Assembly (NCBI GenBank): GCA_024626585.2
Contig: JANKJI020000002.1
Location: forward strand, 116,842,350 to 116,864,718
DNA: 22,369 nt
Source: Ginkgo biloba
Lineage: Eukaryota > Plantae > Ginkgophyta
Direction: 5' to 3'
Both the position numbers and the translations under genes were made by a program. Each line of letters starts with the position of its first letter. The first letter of the stretch is position 1. The notes below the pieces were generated by a model that saw nothing but the letters and a program-made list of their open reading frames with translations, ran no database searches and was not told the DNA's origin. Shown one piece after another: positions 10,039-21,227 of this stretch.

Positions 10039-12314
10039 GATCTCTTGCTTAAGCCAAGGTGTCTCAGTTAGACCATTTTCACTAGGGAGTTATTGTTGCT
10101 TGAGGCTGTAGCAAACCCAAAAGGGTGATGCTAGCCCTTCTGGACAAGGCCACTAGTTTTTTTGCTACAAATTTACATTTTTTGGACATCCTGGATAGAG
10201 CATTCCAAGTAGGGTTGTTGAAGGTAAGTGTTTTTCTTTGTAGACGTGATTGGTATCTTCAGCCAAAGGCTTTCATCCAAGTAAGTCATTGAATGTGAAA
10301 GTATTCTACAAAACCCTAATTCTGCATTATTTTTACAACTACCATAAATCAATGAAATTTTCTACAGTTCTACATAGAAATGTATTTTTTGGTTTTTGCA
10401 TATTAAATTCATCATTGAAAACCCTAATAACGAGGAATTAGACTCTATCGAGTAGGGCGCCCCTAGTCATAGGGTTATTTCACTATATTTATGGTTTTAA
10501 ATTGTTCCTTTATGGATGGTTAATGCAGTAATTTATGTTGTACTGAATATTCTAAAATCTGCCCTACTTTCTTGCAAACAAACCATAGTGACATTATCAA
10601 GGGCAGTTTGGGCTTCAACCAAAGACTTGTTGGAGCCTTGGTGTCCCTAGCTAAGGATGCCCTCTATTTGAGGCTTTATTTGTCTCTATGCATGCACACT
10701 TTTGAGATAATTAGCAATAGGGACTTAGATACCCCAATGAGGGCCGAGTTGGAGCTCAAGTTTACCCTTAGTACCAATTTCTATAGTCTGTTGGTGTACT
10801 TGTAGATTATGTTTTGTTGTTGTAACTATAGATCTATGGTTTGTTGTTGCAAAAATATGTCTATGGTCTGTTGTTAGTGATATTAAAGAGGTAGATTTCT
10901 AGTCTAGGGTTTGTTGTTGTAGCGCTAGTGATTCTTAATATTAGAAATTAATACAAATGAATAAACTGCTAGTAGGGATGGATACTCTAGGTGCTAGGGT
11001 TATCCCACTACCAAAGGAGTTGAAATAGACCTACACTTGGCACCCTTACTAGTGTAGGGTTNNNNNNNNNNNNNNNNNNNNNNNNNNNNNNNNNNNNNNN
11101 NNNNNNNNNNNNNNNNNNNNNNNNNNNNNNNNNNNNNNNNNNNNNNNNNNNNNNNNNNNNNNNNNNNNNNNNNNNNNNNNNNNNNNNNNNNNNNNNNTAT
11201 TGCAAGTCGACCCTAGTCAAAAAATCACCTCCACTAAAACCTGTAAATTGTTTTCTACCTACATAAATTAACATAACTAAATATTTGTTTTATATGGCTA
11301 TTCACTGCACTGCATATTTATGATTGTATTTCCATTCTGTTTACTTTATTTGTGTTGCCAAGCTATTATTTCTTGCACAAATAAAGCACCTAGTTTTGTA
11401 GGTTCAGTGAGCGAGACTATTACAATTGCACTAAAGAAATTGCGGATAAGAATCAATTCTCTACACCTAGACTGCATCCAAGGGAAATGGTGCGATGTTC
11501 CATGTGGATTGTTGCATGAGAGTTTCGCTTGTAACCCTAGTCTCCAAGCAATGCCCAATCGCTTTGTAGGTGACTTGTGTGTGTAAGGAGCACTCCTACC
11601 CAACCATACATACCAACAATTAGAAGAACGGGGTCATGCACTACATCCTATTTTCCCTCTATATTCCTCTCCCAACAAGGCATTACCTTTGTAGGAAGAA
11701 AGATACACATACACATCTTTAGTCCCTATACAAGATGAAGATAACTACAGATTCCCCGTTAGCCCCTATTCCCATAATAAACTAATAATTGGAAGATAAA
11801 GTACTCCTTTCTATCCACCTCAATTGAGCAAAATTTGCATCACGTTGATCTCCAGCCAACTAGACCTAGTACTATACTTCTACATGAAATTGATGTGAAA
11901 AAAAACTTGAACTGCTCAATGGGGAATCCACATAGTGCACAACATGTGAAGTTGAAGATAGGCAAGTTGAGCAATGATGTCACTTGAGATGTGAAGTAAA
12001 TGCTCAAACAGTGTTCCCTCTTTGGGCTAGGTACCATAGGAAGAGAAATCCATGTTAACCCAAAGAGATGCATGATAAACCTCATCTCAAAGGGCCTTGT
12101 TAATCTCCTCCTTAGAGACTAGGAGCTTCCCCAAGAGCGAAGTGGAAGCCTTGGAGTAGCAACAATGTGTGTCTAAGCATCTTATGTTGCTAATATTTGA
12201 AAGTAGCAGAAAGCNNNNNNNNNNNNNNNNNNNNNNNNNNNNNNNNNNNNNNNNNNNNNNNNNNNNNNNNNNNNNNNNNNNNNNNNNNNNNNNNNNNNNN
12301 NNNNNNNNNNNNNN

Positions 12315-12719
12315 TCATTCACAAGGATGACTGAATCTAACTAGAATGCATAAGTAACATACAGTAGATAGTATCAAACTTACAGACACGTCGAAATTAA
12401 AGAAATTTGTATATTATATTGCTCTGGAATACAACAGATGATATTCAGTTATACAATGATCTCCTTACTGCCTGATGGGCTTAACATTTACAAGTGTACA
12501 AAAGTTACAATACATAGGGGCCCCTTCAAATTTGAAGGGGTGCGCCTCTTTTTATTGCCTAATCCCTCTTTTCTGAGTTACTAACTAATTTGGAACAGTC
12601 TGTTGGGCGAACAAGCATAACAGTTTGATGAATGAGCAATGGGTTAGCAGCGAACGAACAATGGCCAGTGACTGTCTTTTCTGCTGAATTTTGAGATTCC
12701 TCCAAAACTGGTGCCAACA
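12315..12719 (-). repeat. LTR-like segment (minus strand, starts TGTTGGCACC), running into an N gap
   Basis: Plus strand ...ggtgccaaca at 12719 reads TGTTGGCA on minus, and the downstream minus sequence has an LTR-like AT-rich composition. Similarity is by general pattern only. Confidence 0.35.
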
Positions 12720-13371
12720 AGGGGACGCACAAGTTAAATGGTTATAGACACTTTGCTACAGTGAAAGGTTTGTTGGCATGACTTTGGAATGTTTAGACTT
12801 GTCTGATAGTGTAACTCCTACACATTGTTTCAACACAATTCTTAGATGTACTTATTCCAGATGAGTTGGATTTCAAACTAAGAAAGCTGACAGTGGGTTT
12901 GATATAAACCTTTCAGAAAGTTTAGCAAAACAAAACCACAATGTTTTAGGGGATGTTAATGAAATGAAAAACAAAATTTATTTCTGGTGGCTGTATCGCT
13001 AAGCTAAGGTAATCTGAAAAGTGTGGTATGAGTTTTGAAGATTAAAAGCAATTGTACAGAAATTCTTTGTTCCTCAATGACATTTTTTTATTTGTAGTAT
13101 AAAGCCTCATAATGACCACACTTTCAAGAAAAATAAACTTTTCCTTCAGGGTATAACAAATAAAAACACCTTATTTACATCTTAATGGCTGGAATCCAAA
13201 CTTCACTAAACATCCTATGAATCATGACTGAAACAAGACACCGATCATCACTAGGCACACAGACAAAAACAAGTTACCTCACAAGTAAGTTAATTTATTA
13301 AGACACTGAAAAAACACTTATGATAAGCAAGCTTTTGGAAGTCCATTGAGAAATTCATAACTACAATGTAC

Positions 13372-14030
13372 CTGTAATATCAATCGCTTTCCTGTGTGAG
13401 CATCACTGGTGAACCTTGAGAAAAGTGTCAACTTGTTATATGGCCTACAAATGGCACCGGTGTAGAGTTGAAGCTTATTCAGTATCACAACTCAATGATC
13501 TAAAAACTCTCAAAATTCTTGGCAAACAGTGTCTCATTAATGTTCACATTATTTTACGCCATTGATTTGTCACCATTGTGTAGTCGCACACACACAGAGA
13601 ACTGCAAAAGAGGCATACTAAATGAAAGGCAGAATGATAGTATGTCCGATAATAGGCACAACATAAGGTTGAAAGTTCAAGAGAACATTAAAATAAAACT
13701 GAAATAAGTTACCTGCAAATTCTAAACTGTATGGAGAAAAAATGACACAACTGAGAAGAAGAGAGAAAGTTAGAGGAACTGAAAAAATAAAACAAATGAG
13801 CAGAAGAACAAATGGGAAGGTATGCAGCACAGGGAAGCACAAAATCAACCAAAGTAGGGGGGCAAAAGAGTAGGGAGAGGATGAGGGAGAAGAGTGCGGG
13901 AACAGAGAGCAAGGGGGCTTAGATGCCAGGATGAGTATGAGCAAGCCTGATTGCAGTTCTAGGCAGCTCTGATACAGAGGGAAGCAAAAATGGTGTGGGA
14001 GGCACCAAAAAGGGAGGAGAGATGATCATG
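13372..14030 (-). other. Putative first exon (pyrimidine-rich 5' leader) and small second exon
   Basis: A CT-rich minus-strand tract at ~13740-14020 ends at donor CAG|GTAACT (13713/13712). A candidate 43-nt exon at 13414-13372 is bounded by TTTTCTCAAG| and CAG|GTACAT. Confidence 0.4.
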
Positions 14031-14669
14031 TGCAATGTCAAATTAACCAAGCCTGTAGAAGGTATAGGGCCATATTTAACATGCAAATATTGTGGACCTA
14101 AATGAATTGATTCCAGATTTTAGATGGCATTAATTATTTCAACATTGCAGAAATGATAGTGGAAATCAGTTCTGTAGTTATCCTCCCTCGAATAAGACCA
14201 ATCATTTTCTTGTTAGAGAATATTACCCACTTGCTTTCAACAGTGCTTAACACTAGCTTACACCTTTGTAACTCATCAATGCAATATAGTGGTTACTTGA
14301 AGGAGTTGTAGCTGCAACTCTACAAAAGTCCTATATAAGTTGTTTTGTAGAGAAGCTCCTAGTACAGATGATTATATTATAAGTAATGCACAGATGCATA
14401 AAACAATGAATCACCTACAAGGCATGAGACCTGGGTTAGTATGGATGAAGTTTGTGGTCACATCAATAAAGAAAGAAAGAATGAAAATAAAAACTCGAAA
14501 GCAGTCAATGACGAAATCAGCATCTGGTAATACAACAAAGCAGAGTGCCTAGAGCAACTCCAATCTGAGAAATACATCGATCTATATCTAATCATGAAAA
14601 AATACACAAGATTAATTAAACTGAAGTGAAGAAAGAAATGAAAGCCTCCAAGATGTTCAAAACATGGAA

Positions 14670-15501
14670 NNNNNNNNNNNNNNNNNNNNNNNNNNNNNNN
14701 NNNNNNNNNNNNNNNNNNNNNNNNNNNNNNNNNNNNNNNNNNNNNNNNNNNNNNNNNNNNNNNNNNNNNNNNNNNNNNNNNNNNNNNNNNNNNNNNNNNN
14801 NNNNNNNNNNNNNNNNNNNNNNNNNNNNNNNNNNNNNNNNNNNNNNNNNNNNNNNNNNNNNNNNNNNNNNNNNNNNNNNNNNNNNNNNNNNNNNNNNNNN
14901 NNNNNNNNNNNNNNNNNNNNNNNNNNNNNNNNNNNNNNNNNNNNNNNNNNNNNNNNNNNNNNNNNNNNNNNNNNNNNNNNNNNNNNNNNNNNNNNNNNNN
15001 NNNNNNNNNNNNNNNNNNNNNNNNNNNNNNNNNNNNNNNNNNNNNNNNNNNNNNNNNNNNNNNNNNNNNNNNNNNNNNNNNNNNNNNNNNNNNNNNNNNN
15101 NNNNNNNNNNNNNNNNNNNNNNNNNNNNNNNNNNNNNNNNNNNNNNNNNNNNNNNNNNNNNNNNNNNNNNNNNNNNNNNNNNNNNNNNNNNNNNNNNNNN
15201 NNNNNNNNNNNNNNNNNNNNNNNNNNNNNNNNNNNNNNNNNNNNNNNNNNNNNNNNNNNNNNNNNNNNNNNNNNNNNNNNNNNNNNNNNNNNNNNNNNNN
15301 NNNNNNNNNNNNNNNNNNNNNNNNNNNNNNNNNNNNNNNNNNNNNNNNNNNNNNNNNNNNNNNNNNNNNNNNNNNNNNNNNNNNNNNNNNNNNNNNNNNN
15401 NNNNNNNNNNNNNNNNNNNNNNNNNNNNNNNNNNNNNNNNNNNNNNNNNNNNNNNNNNNNNNNNNNNNNNNNNNNNNNNNNNNNNNNNNNNNNNNNNNNN
15501 N
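14670..15501. other. Largest assembly gap (N-run); 12 other N-runs occur in the window
   Basis: Run of N seen directly. The gaps at 7038-7137, 9246-9345, 12215-12314 and 17449-17548 are each exactly 100 N, suggesting unknown-size placeholders. Confidence 0.97.
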
Positions 15502-17548
15502 TTTTGTTTTTGAAAAATGTGTAGAAGAAATGCTAGTGTACCAGGGAGAATAGTACTAGGCAGAAGAACCTTGAAGAAGGACACTCTAGGGAGAAATTCA
15601 AAGGAACATGAGGAACGCTTGCAGAGGGTGAAGAGGAACCACCAAAAGTCTGCCATCGGGAAAGTTGTTGTCGGGTCACAAGGCCACAGCCACAACGTGA
15701 AGAATCAGAGACGTTGGGACACCAGAGGAGAAAGGAGCGGATTGAGCCACGGTGAAAAGAACCAAAAGGTGAAGTCACGCCAAACACCAGGGTAGGAGTT
15801 GTCACATTCACTATGGGAGGACAATCGTTGCATTAAGTCCATTAGCAGAGATTGCGTGGGAGCTTATCCCGAAGAAAAGAAACCCATCACGTGGAAACAA
15901 GCCATTGAGAACCACCAGGAGTTGAATCGCATCATGCAAATCACTGGCGCATAAAATCATTCACTATGTGAGCAGTTACGGGACGTGGGAGTAGAGAAAA
16001 GATCACTGGAAGTTGCAGAAGAGGATACGAAAAACTCACCGAGGAGACGTCAAGGGCGAGCCACCAAGAGGAAAGAAGTGGTGTGCTGAATGTCGCCGAA
16101 GCCTGTGCCATCAGGGGAGGCTGTTACAGCCACAATGCGAGTCACCAGGTAGCAGATAGGAGTGTTGCAGAACAAACCTGACGCAGAGAACGAAGACCAC
16201 TGGAGAAGACACAACCAGACATCGCATGGCGTGGAGGAGAAACTCATGGCGTGGAAGGGGTGATTGCAGAGAAGCGGGTGAGCAGACCCGGAGCGAAGAC
16301 GTAGGAGAATTCAGAAAAATCCAAGAGGAGAATTCGAAAAAATACAAAGAGAAATCGCAGCACAGGAGCACAATTGAAAAAATTTGATTTTTTTTTTTTT
16401 TAATTTCAAAAGTATTTATTTTTTTCAAATGTAGCGATTTTAACCAATTGAATTAAATCATAAAATCCACAACTTAAAAACATAAGCACCCTCCCCTAGT
16501 CATGTGGCAAAAAGGGCTAATCCCTTTTTCAGACAAACCATCAGTCAGAAACTGAAACTAAAGACACCTGTAGAAAGAAAACTAAATTTCCTACACACTG
16601 GACATGGTCATATGAATGAATTCTAGCTACCTAAATGTAGACCAAAGAATTTAATGTTTATAGTTGATTCTAGCACCCTATGAGGTGACCGACAAAACTG
16701 AATTTTTCCAATAACAGTTAAAAATTAAAAAATCACTCTAAATACAAAAGGATTTCTGTAATAAAATAAAATCATGCCCCTAAAATACTTCTCTCTTCTG
16801 TCTTTTCCAAATTTCTCTATAGTGGGAATACTCCCCCATGAAGCTAATTGCACATGCATATGCAAAATCGATCATCAAAATAGAGCTGACTTATTATTAG
16901 TGTATCGTGCAATGAGAAACTAAGGTCATGATAAGGAGGGAATAAGGAGAAATAGGAGTCCTAATTATTTTGAGTACTAACACCCTTAATAGGTGATCTG
17001 TCACTTGTTATAATTTGGTGTGTACCTATATTTCTTGGGGTTCAGTTTACCGTTCCTCAGTTTGTAATGTGCCAAAACCCAAATACCTCAGACAAACCCT
17101 ATTCAACATAAGGGGTGGAAACATAGTTGGGATCACTTGGGATATACCATCAAACTAGATCAGATAGTATTGATCCTGTCACTTAGACTACTCAGATTGA
17201 TCAAAGACATGTCTAGCAGAAATAAAATACTAGGAGTTATGACAGAGAAGCTCACCGATATAGCCAACTATGTAGAGTGGAAATACTAGATGTAGAATTT
17301 CCTATTGTTGAATGACCTATGGTAGTTCATTGATGATTCCATGATGTTTGACAAGAATGATGCTAAATAGGTAGCTGTAGTTGGATCATAGTGTAGAATA
17401 ACTCTAGGTTTTATTAAACTTTTAGTTAGATCCAACTTGATCCTGAATNNNNNNNNNNNNNNNNNNNNNNNNNNNNNNNNNNNNNNNNNNNNNNNNNNNN
17501 NNNNNNNNNNNNNNNNNNNNNNNNNNNNNNNNNNNNNNNNNNNNNNNN

Positions 17549-18540
17549 GAGGGTCTGCCTTTAATTATTTGGGACGTTTGCATCATGCCCAAGTTTAATG
17601 GAGGTCTTGGCATAATAGACATTAGGGCTCAAGGAGCAACTTTAGCAAGAAAATGGATCGATCGATCTATTTATGGTGGAGCGCCATGGAAAATACTTGT
17701 ACAGGATAGAATTGTTATAACCACTCATCTAATGGGAGTTAAAGGTCCCTTTTCTTTATGTGATGTTCTGGGTGGTGCGTCTGCCTTTATACTAGCAGGC
17801 TCTCAAGTTCTCAAATGTTTGTGGACATCTTAGCAAATGATTTCTACACAATTACGTTGGGAGTTTGAAGGCCCAAGGAATGGGTGGGATTTGACTTCAA
17901 GCGTCAAGCATGGAAGGATTGGACCATACTTGGACATGCTTTAAATCTATCTTACACAAACAAATTTGTTATATAAGATCTATGTAAAACCTTCCCAAGG
18001 GAGTGTCTTTGTAAGCTTCACTACACAACACAGGAATCTATTGAAGGGATTGGCATCAGAGTAATCAAAAACCTTTCTATTATTATAATACACGTTATCT
18101 GTACAAAATTTTTAGAAGTGTGATGCTTGTTTTTTCTTGCCTCAATATGAAATGGAGTCACAATGATTTAGAGCATCGATGGCACAAGAGGCGTCAACGC
18201 ATATGGATGGCACAGGCATCATTTAAGCTCAAGATGTTGGGGTGGCTAATACTACATCATAGCCTTGCGATCAAAGAACGAGCACATAAATCAGGCTTGA
18301 CGGATCCACACTATGTGATATGTCACAAAATTGAGTCAGTACATATTTTTGGCCAATGCCCTCCTGCGAAAACCTTTTGGAGTTGGGTCCATGTGGAANN
18401 NNNNNNNNNNNNNNNNNNNNNNNNNNNNNNNNNNNNNNNNNNNNNCACATGGATGATCAACAATAGTGGTAGATGTATCTGCGATACTATATGGCTTGGG
18501 GGTATTTCTTTCTTGTGGAAGCATGCAATGTAACTTTTCA
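17549..18540 (+). mobile_element. LINE (L1 clade) ORF2 C-terminal fragment including zf-RVT, degenerate
   Basis: WDVCIMPKFNGGLGIIDI..LARKW..GAPWKILV matches the plant L1 post-RT motif WxxxCxPKxxGGLG..LxxKW..W. IWMAQASFKLKMLGWLILHHSLAIKER..VICHKIESVHIFGQCPPAKTFW matches zf-RVT, with the first Cys degenerate. Confidence 0.9.
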
Positions 18541-18910
18541 TGACAGAGAAAATTTCTTACATCTCAAAGAACTTGACATCTTTAGAGTTGAGCTAGCATA
18601 ATAAATTCGGGCTAGAATACATATTTTTAGAAAAGAGCTAGACTCGGCTTCTTTTGGGGTCTAGACTATTATGAATGTACTTCTTGCCTTTTAAGGCAAT
18701 ANNNNNNNNNNNNNNNNNNNNNNNNNNNNNNNNNNNNNNNNNNNNNNNNNNNNNNNNNNNNNNNNNNNNNNNNNNNNNNNNNNNNNNNNNNNNNNNNNNN
18801 NNNNNNNNNNNNNNNNNNNNNNNNNNNNNNNNNNNNNNNNNNNNNNNNNNNNNNNNNNNNNGGCTTGGCAAACAAGTTTTGGGCAGATGCGGCTCACAAA
18901 GTGGTAATTC

Positions 18911-19430
18911 TGTAATGACCCTTGTACGTATTTTATGAATGAGAATAAAACTACTTACAAGAAAATAAAAAGCACTGGTAACACAATAGAAAGACCATGA
19001 AACTATCATAGATGTCTTACAATAGTCACTTATATCAAGTACAAGAAATGAGAGAAATAGCAATAATTAGAAAACAATAGGAAGCCCTACTTCCCCACNN
19101 NNNNNNNNNNNNAGAAGTTCTTCTCCAAACAAGAAAACTTAATTGCTAATTTTATAAATGCCACTACTTGTATTTACATTAGCATTTTAGAAAAGTACTA
19201 ACCTCTCATAAAAGGTGGTGACTCTTCATTTTAATAACTAATTGGTATTAGTGGGTTAAGAATATATTAGCCTTATTTAGGCTTATTTAAGGCAATTTAT
19301 ACTTATTAACAGGTTTGTATAGGGGACTTAATGAACTATGATTGGGTTCATAACATCTTTAGCCCATAAATTAGGGTTCTTGGGGAGTTTAGTGCCTTGT
19401 AGAACTATGTTATGACCTAAGTCCACAACA
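18911..19430 (-). repeat. 3' LTR of the minus-strand chromovirus (~520 bp, TGTTG...TTACA)
   Basis: It starts with TG right after the PPT. A TATA-like TTTATAAAA lies at ~19149-19157. The plausible CA terminus is at 18911 (plus strand tgtaatgacc). The 5' end is well supported and the 3' end is inferred. Confidence 0.75.
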
Positions 19431-19445
19431 TGCCCTCCCCTCTTA
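19431..19445 (-). promoter_or_regulatory. Polypurine tract (PPT) of the minus-strand gypsy element
   Basis: The minus strand reads AAGAGGGGAGGGCA immediately before TGTTG, which is the LTR start at 19430. Confidence 0.85.
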
Positions 19446-19446
19446 A

Positions 19447-20342
19447 AATGGTTTGCCCTGAAAGCATTGGCAAGTTCTAATGCTTGGTTATAAATACATC
19501 TAGTTTGCATACTATGTAAGGATCTTCCCTTTAATAAAATATTGCTTGATTTGTTTTTCCGATAAATTCTTCATTCTCTCCTCTAACATTCCTTCTAGTG
19601 CAAGGGTGAGTTTTCCTTCTTTGTCAAGGATCAATAATCCTATTTGTAGATTTACTATTTGGGCCACTTTCCTCTTGAGACATGAGAGGCATTGTGGATC
19701 TTCTTTTTGTTGGATAGATCTAATGCATATGTTACTTCTCCAATTCAATAAAATTCATAAAACTTTAGGGGTATCTTCTATTAGCCTTTACTTTTTTACA
19801 ATGCCCATTTATATGGATAAAGGCGAACAAAACCCATATTACCTTCAAAAAACGTTCTTTTAGATTTATGTTGATCTACCTATTGCTTCATTCTATTTCT
19901 TGCGATGCTCAGGTTATCTTTTAAGCTATATATTATATATTGCACCTCTTGTAGGGTATCTTTTACTGCTTGAACCTTCGTGTCACCAAACAAATAGTCT
20001 TTTACAGTCGATGGCACATAGCCATATAATGCCATAAAATGTGGTATCTTTATTGATGTGCATACTTTGTCTAGTACCAAATTCCTGCTAGGTGTATAAA
20101 TGTCACTCACTCATTTTGTTTATCGCCTAAAATGTTTCAAATATATCCTTGAAGGCATTTGTTGATCATTTCTATTTGTCCATCCATTTATGGAAGATAG
20201 GAAATGCTCATTTTGAAACTTGTCCATGCTAAAGTGAATAGATCCTGATAAAAGTTGCTTGTAGACTTAGGATCTCAATCATAGACTATTCTTTCAAGAA
20301 ACAATGCAGTCTAGGCATTTCCTTCATGAAGAACTCTATTAT
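19447..20342 (-). mobile_element. Degenerate Ty3/gypsy chromovirus integrase plus chromodomain (possibly Reina-like)
   Basis: The minus strand gives IEFFMKEMPRLH, IVYD*DPKSTSNFYQDLFTLAWTSFKMSISYLP*MDGQIEMINKCLQGY (canonical IVSDRDPxFTS..SSxYHPQTDGQTE), PHFMALYGY, LKDNLSIARNRMKQ, and a chromodomain-like LALEGMLEERMKNLSEKQIKQYFIK. Confidence 0.92.
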
Positions 20343-21227
20343 TGTTAGCAGGATATTTTGGACAAGTAGGAGGCTACCACTCGCAAACAAACTCCAAAAC
20401 AATATGAAGATTCCAATGTGATTCTAAGATGATGTTAACATATATGATCTATCCAGAATGGCATCAGTAACATCAACGATGCAGTAATAATAGAACAACA
20501 ACAATTTATGATGTATAATTCACTGGTCAAATTTGGTCAAAAGCCATTGCCAAAGTGGTCAAAATGAACTTGAAGTTAAATGCATCAAATATTGTCAAAA
20601 CTAACTTAAATAAGGATCATTTATGACATGGTCAATGTCGACTCAATGTAGATTAAGCCAACCTTAATCAGGTTGCATTTTTTGACATCAACATTAATTA
20701 AGGAGCATTAATGATGCAGTCAACACTAGTCAAAGCCAACCTTAGCATTTACTAATACACATTAATTATTCAATGCGTCGTATTTAATAAGGAAAGGAAA
20801 TCACATTTAACACTCTTAATGAGCCGCATTTAATGCCCTAAAAGAGGGCACATTTAATGAAGAGAGTGACCAGTAGGGTTGTGACCTAAATTTAGGAAAC
20901 ATTGTCATATCATATAATAAAGAGAGAAAACCTCCTTCAAGTGTGTGAGAGCCAAGTACAATCAATAATATTCAAAGTGAGAGACAAGTGCAATTAATGC
21001 ATGTCTTAGTGTGAGAGGCTAATGTAGGCATTAATGAGAATGTACTATGTAAATTGAACATTTAATGAAGATTTTGTACCAAAAAATGTCTCCTCGTTAT
21101 TTGCACTTCAGTAACTATTGTCTATTCATTATGAATGCATGTTTATTGATGATTTATTAATGCATGCGTACTACCCTTGCGTTGGTGGAGAGTGGAACCC
21201 ATGAGGTACCCAAATTACCCCGACACA
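20343..21227 (+). repeat. Probable solo LTR of another family, abutting and truncating the minus-strand integrase
   Basis: Integrase homology stops where TGTTAGCAGG begins (20343). The segment has internal short repeats, a TATA-like tatcatataataaa at ~20908 and ends CCCCGACA(CA). No clean TSD. Confidence 0.5.

Noticed and set aside
11320-12210. Short ORFs that might be a transposase or gene exon (acceptor-like ttttgtag|g at 11401)
   Set aside because: All frames contain several stops and I recognised no family motif; left unannotated.
13618-13944. Hydrophobic 108-aa ORF resembling a membrane protein
   Set aside because: The F/L/S/P bias simply reflects a pyrimidine-rich strand, and the start is not ATG.
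14616-15695. Long ORFs of 286-359 aa in the ORF track
   Set aside because: They are artefacts of translating through the 832-N gap. The same applies to other X-containing ORFs (2870-3100, 5744-5995, 18638-19063).
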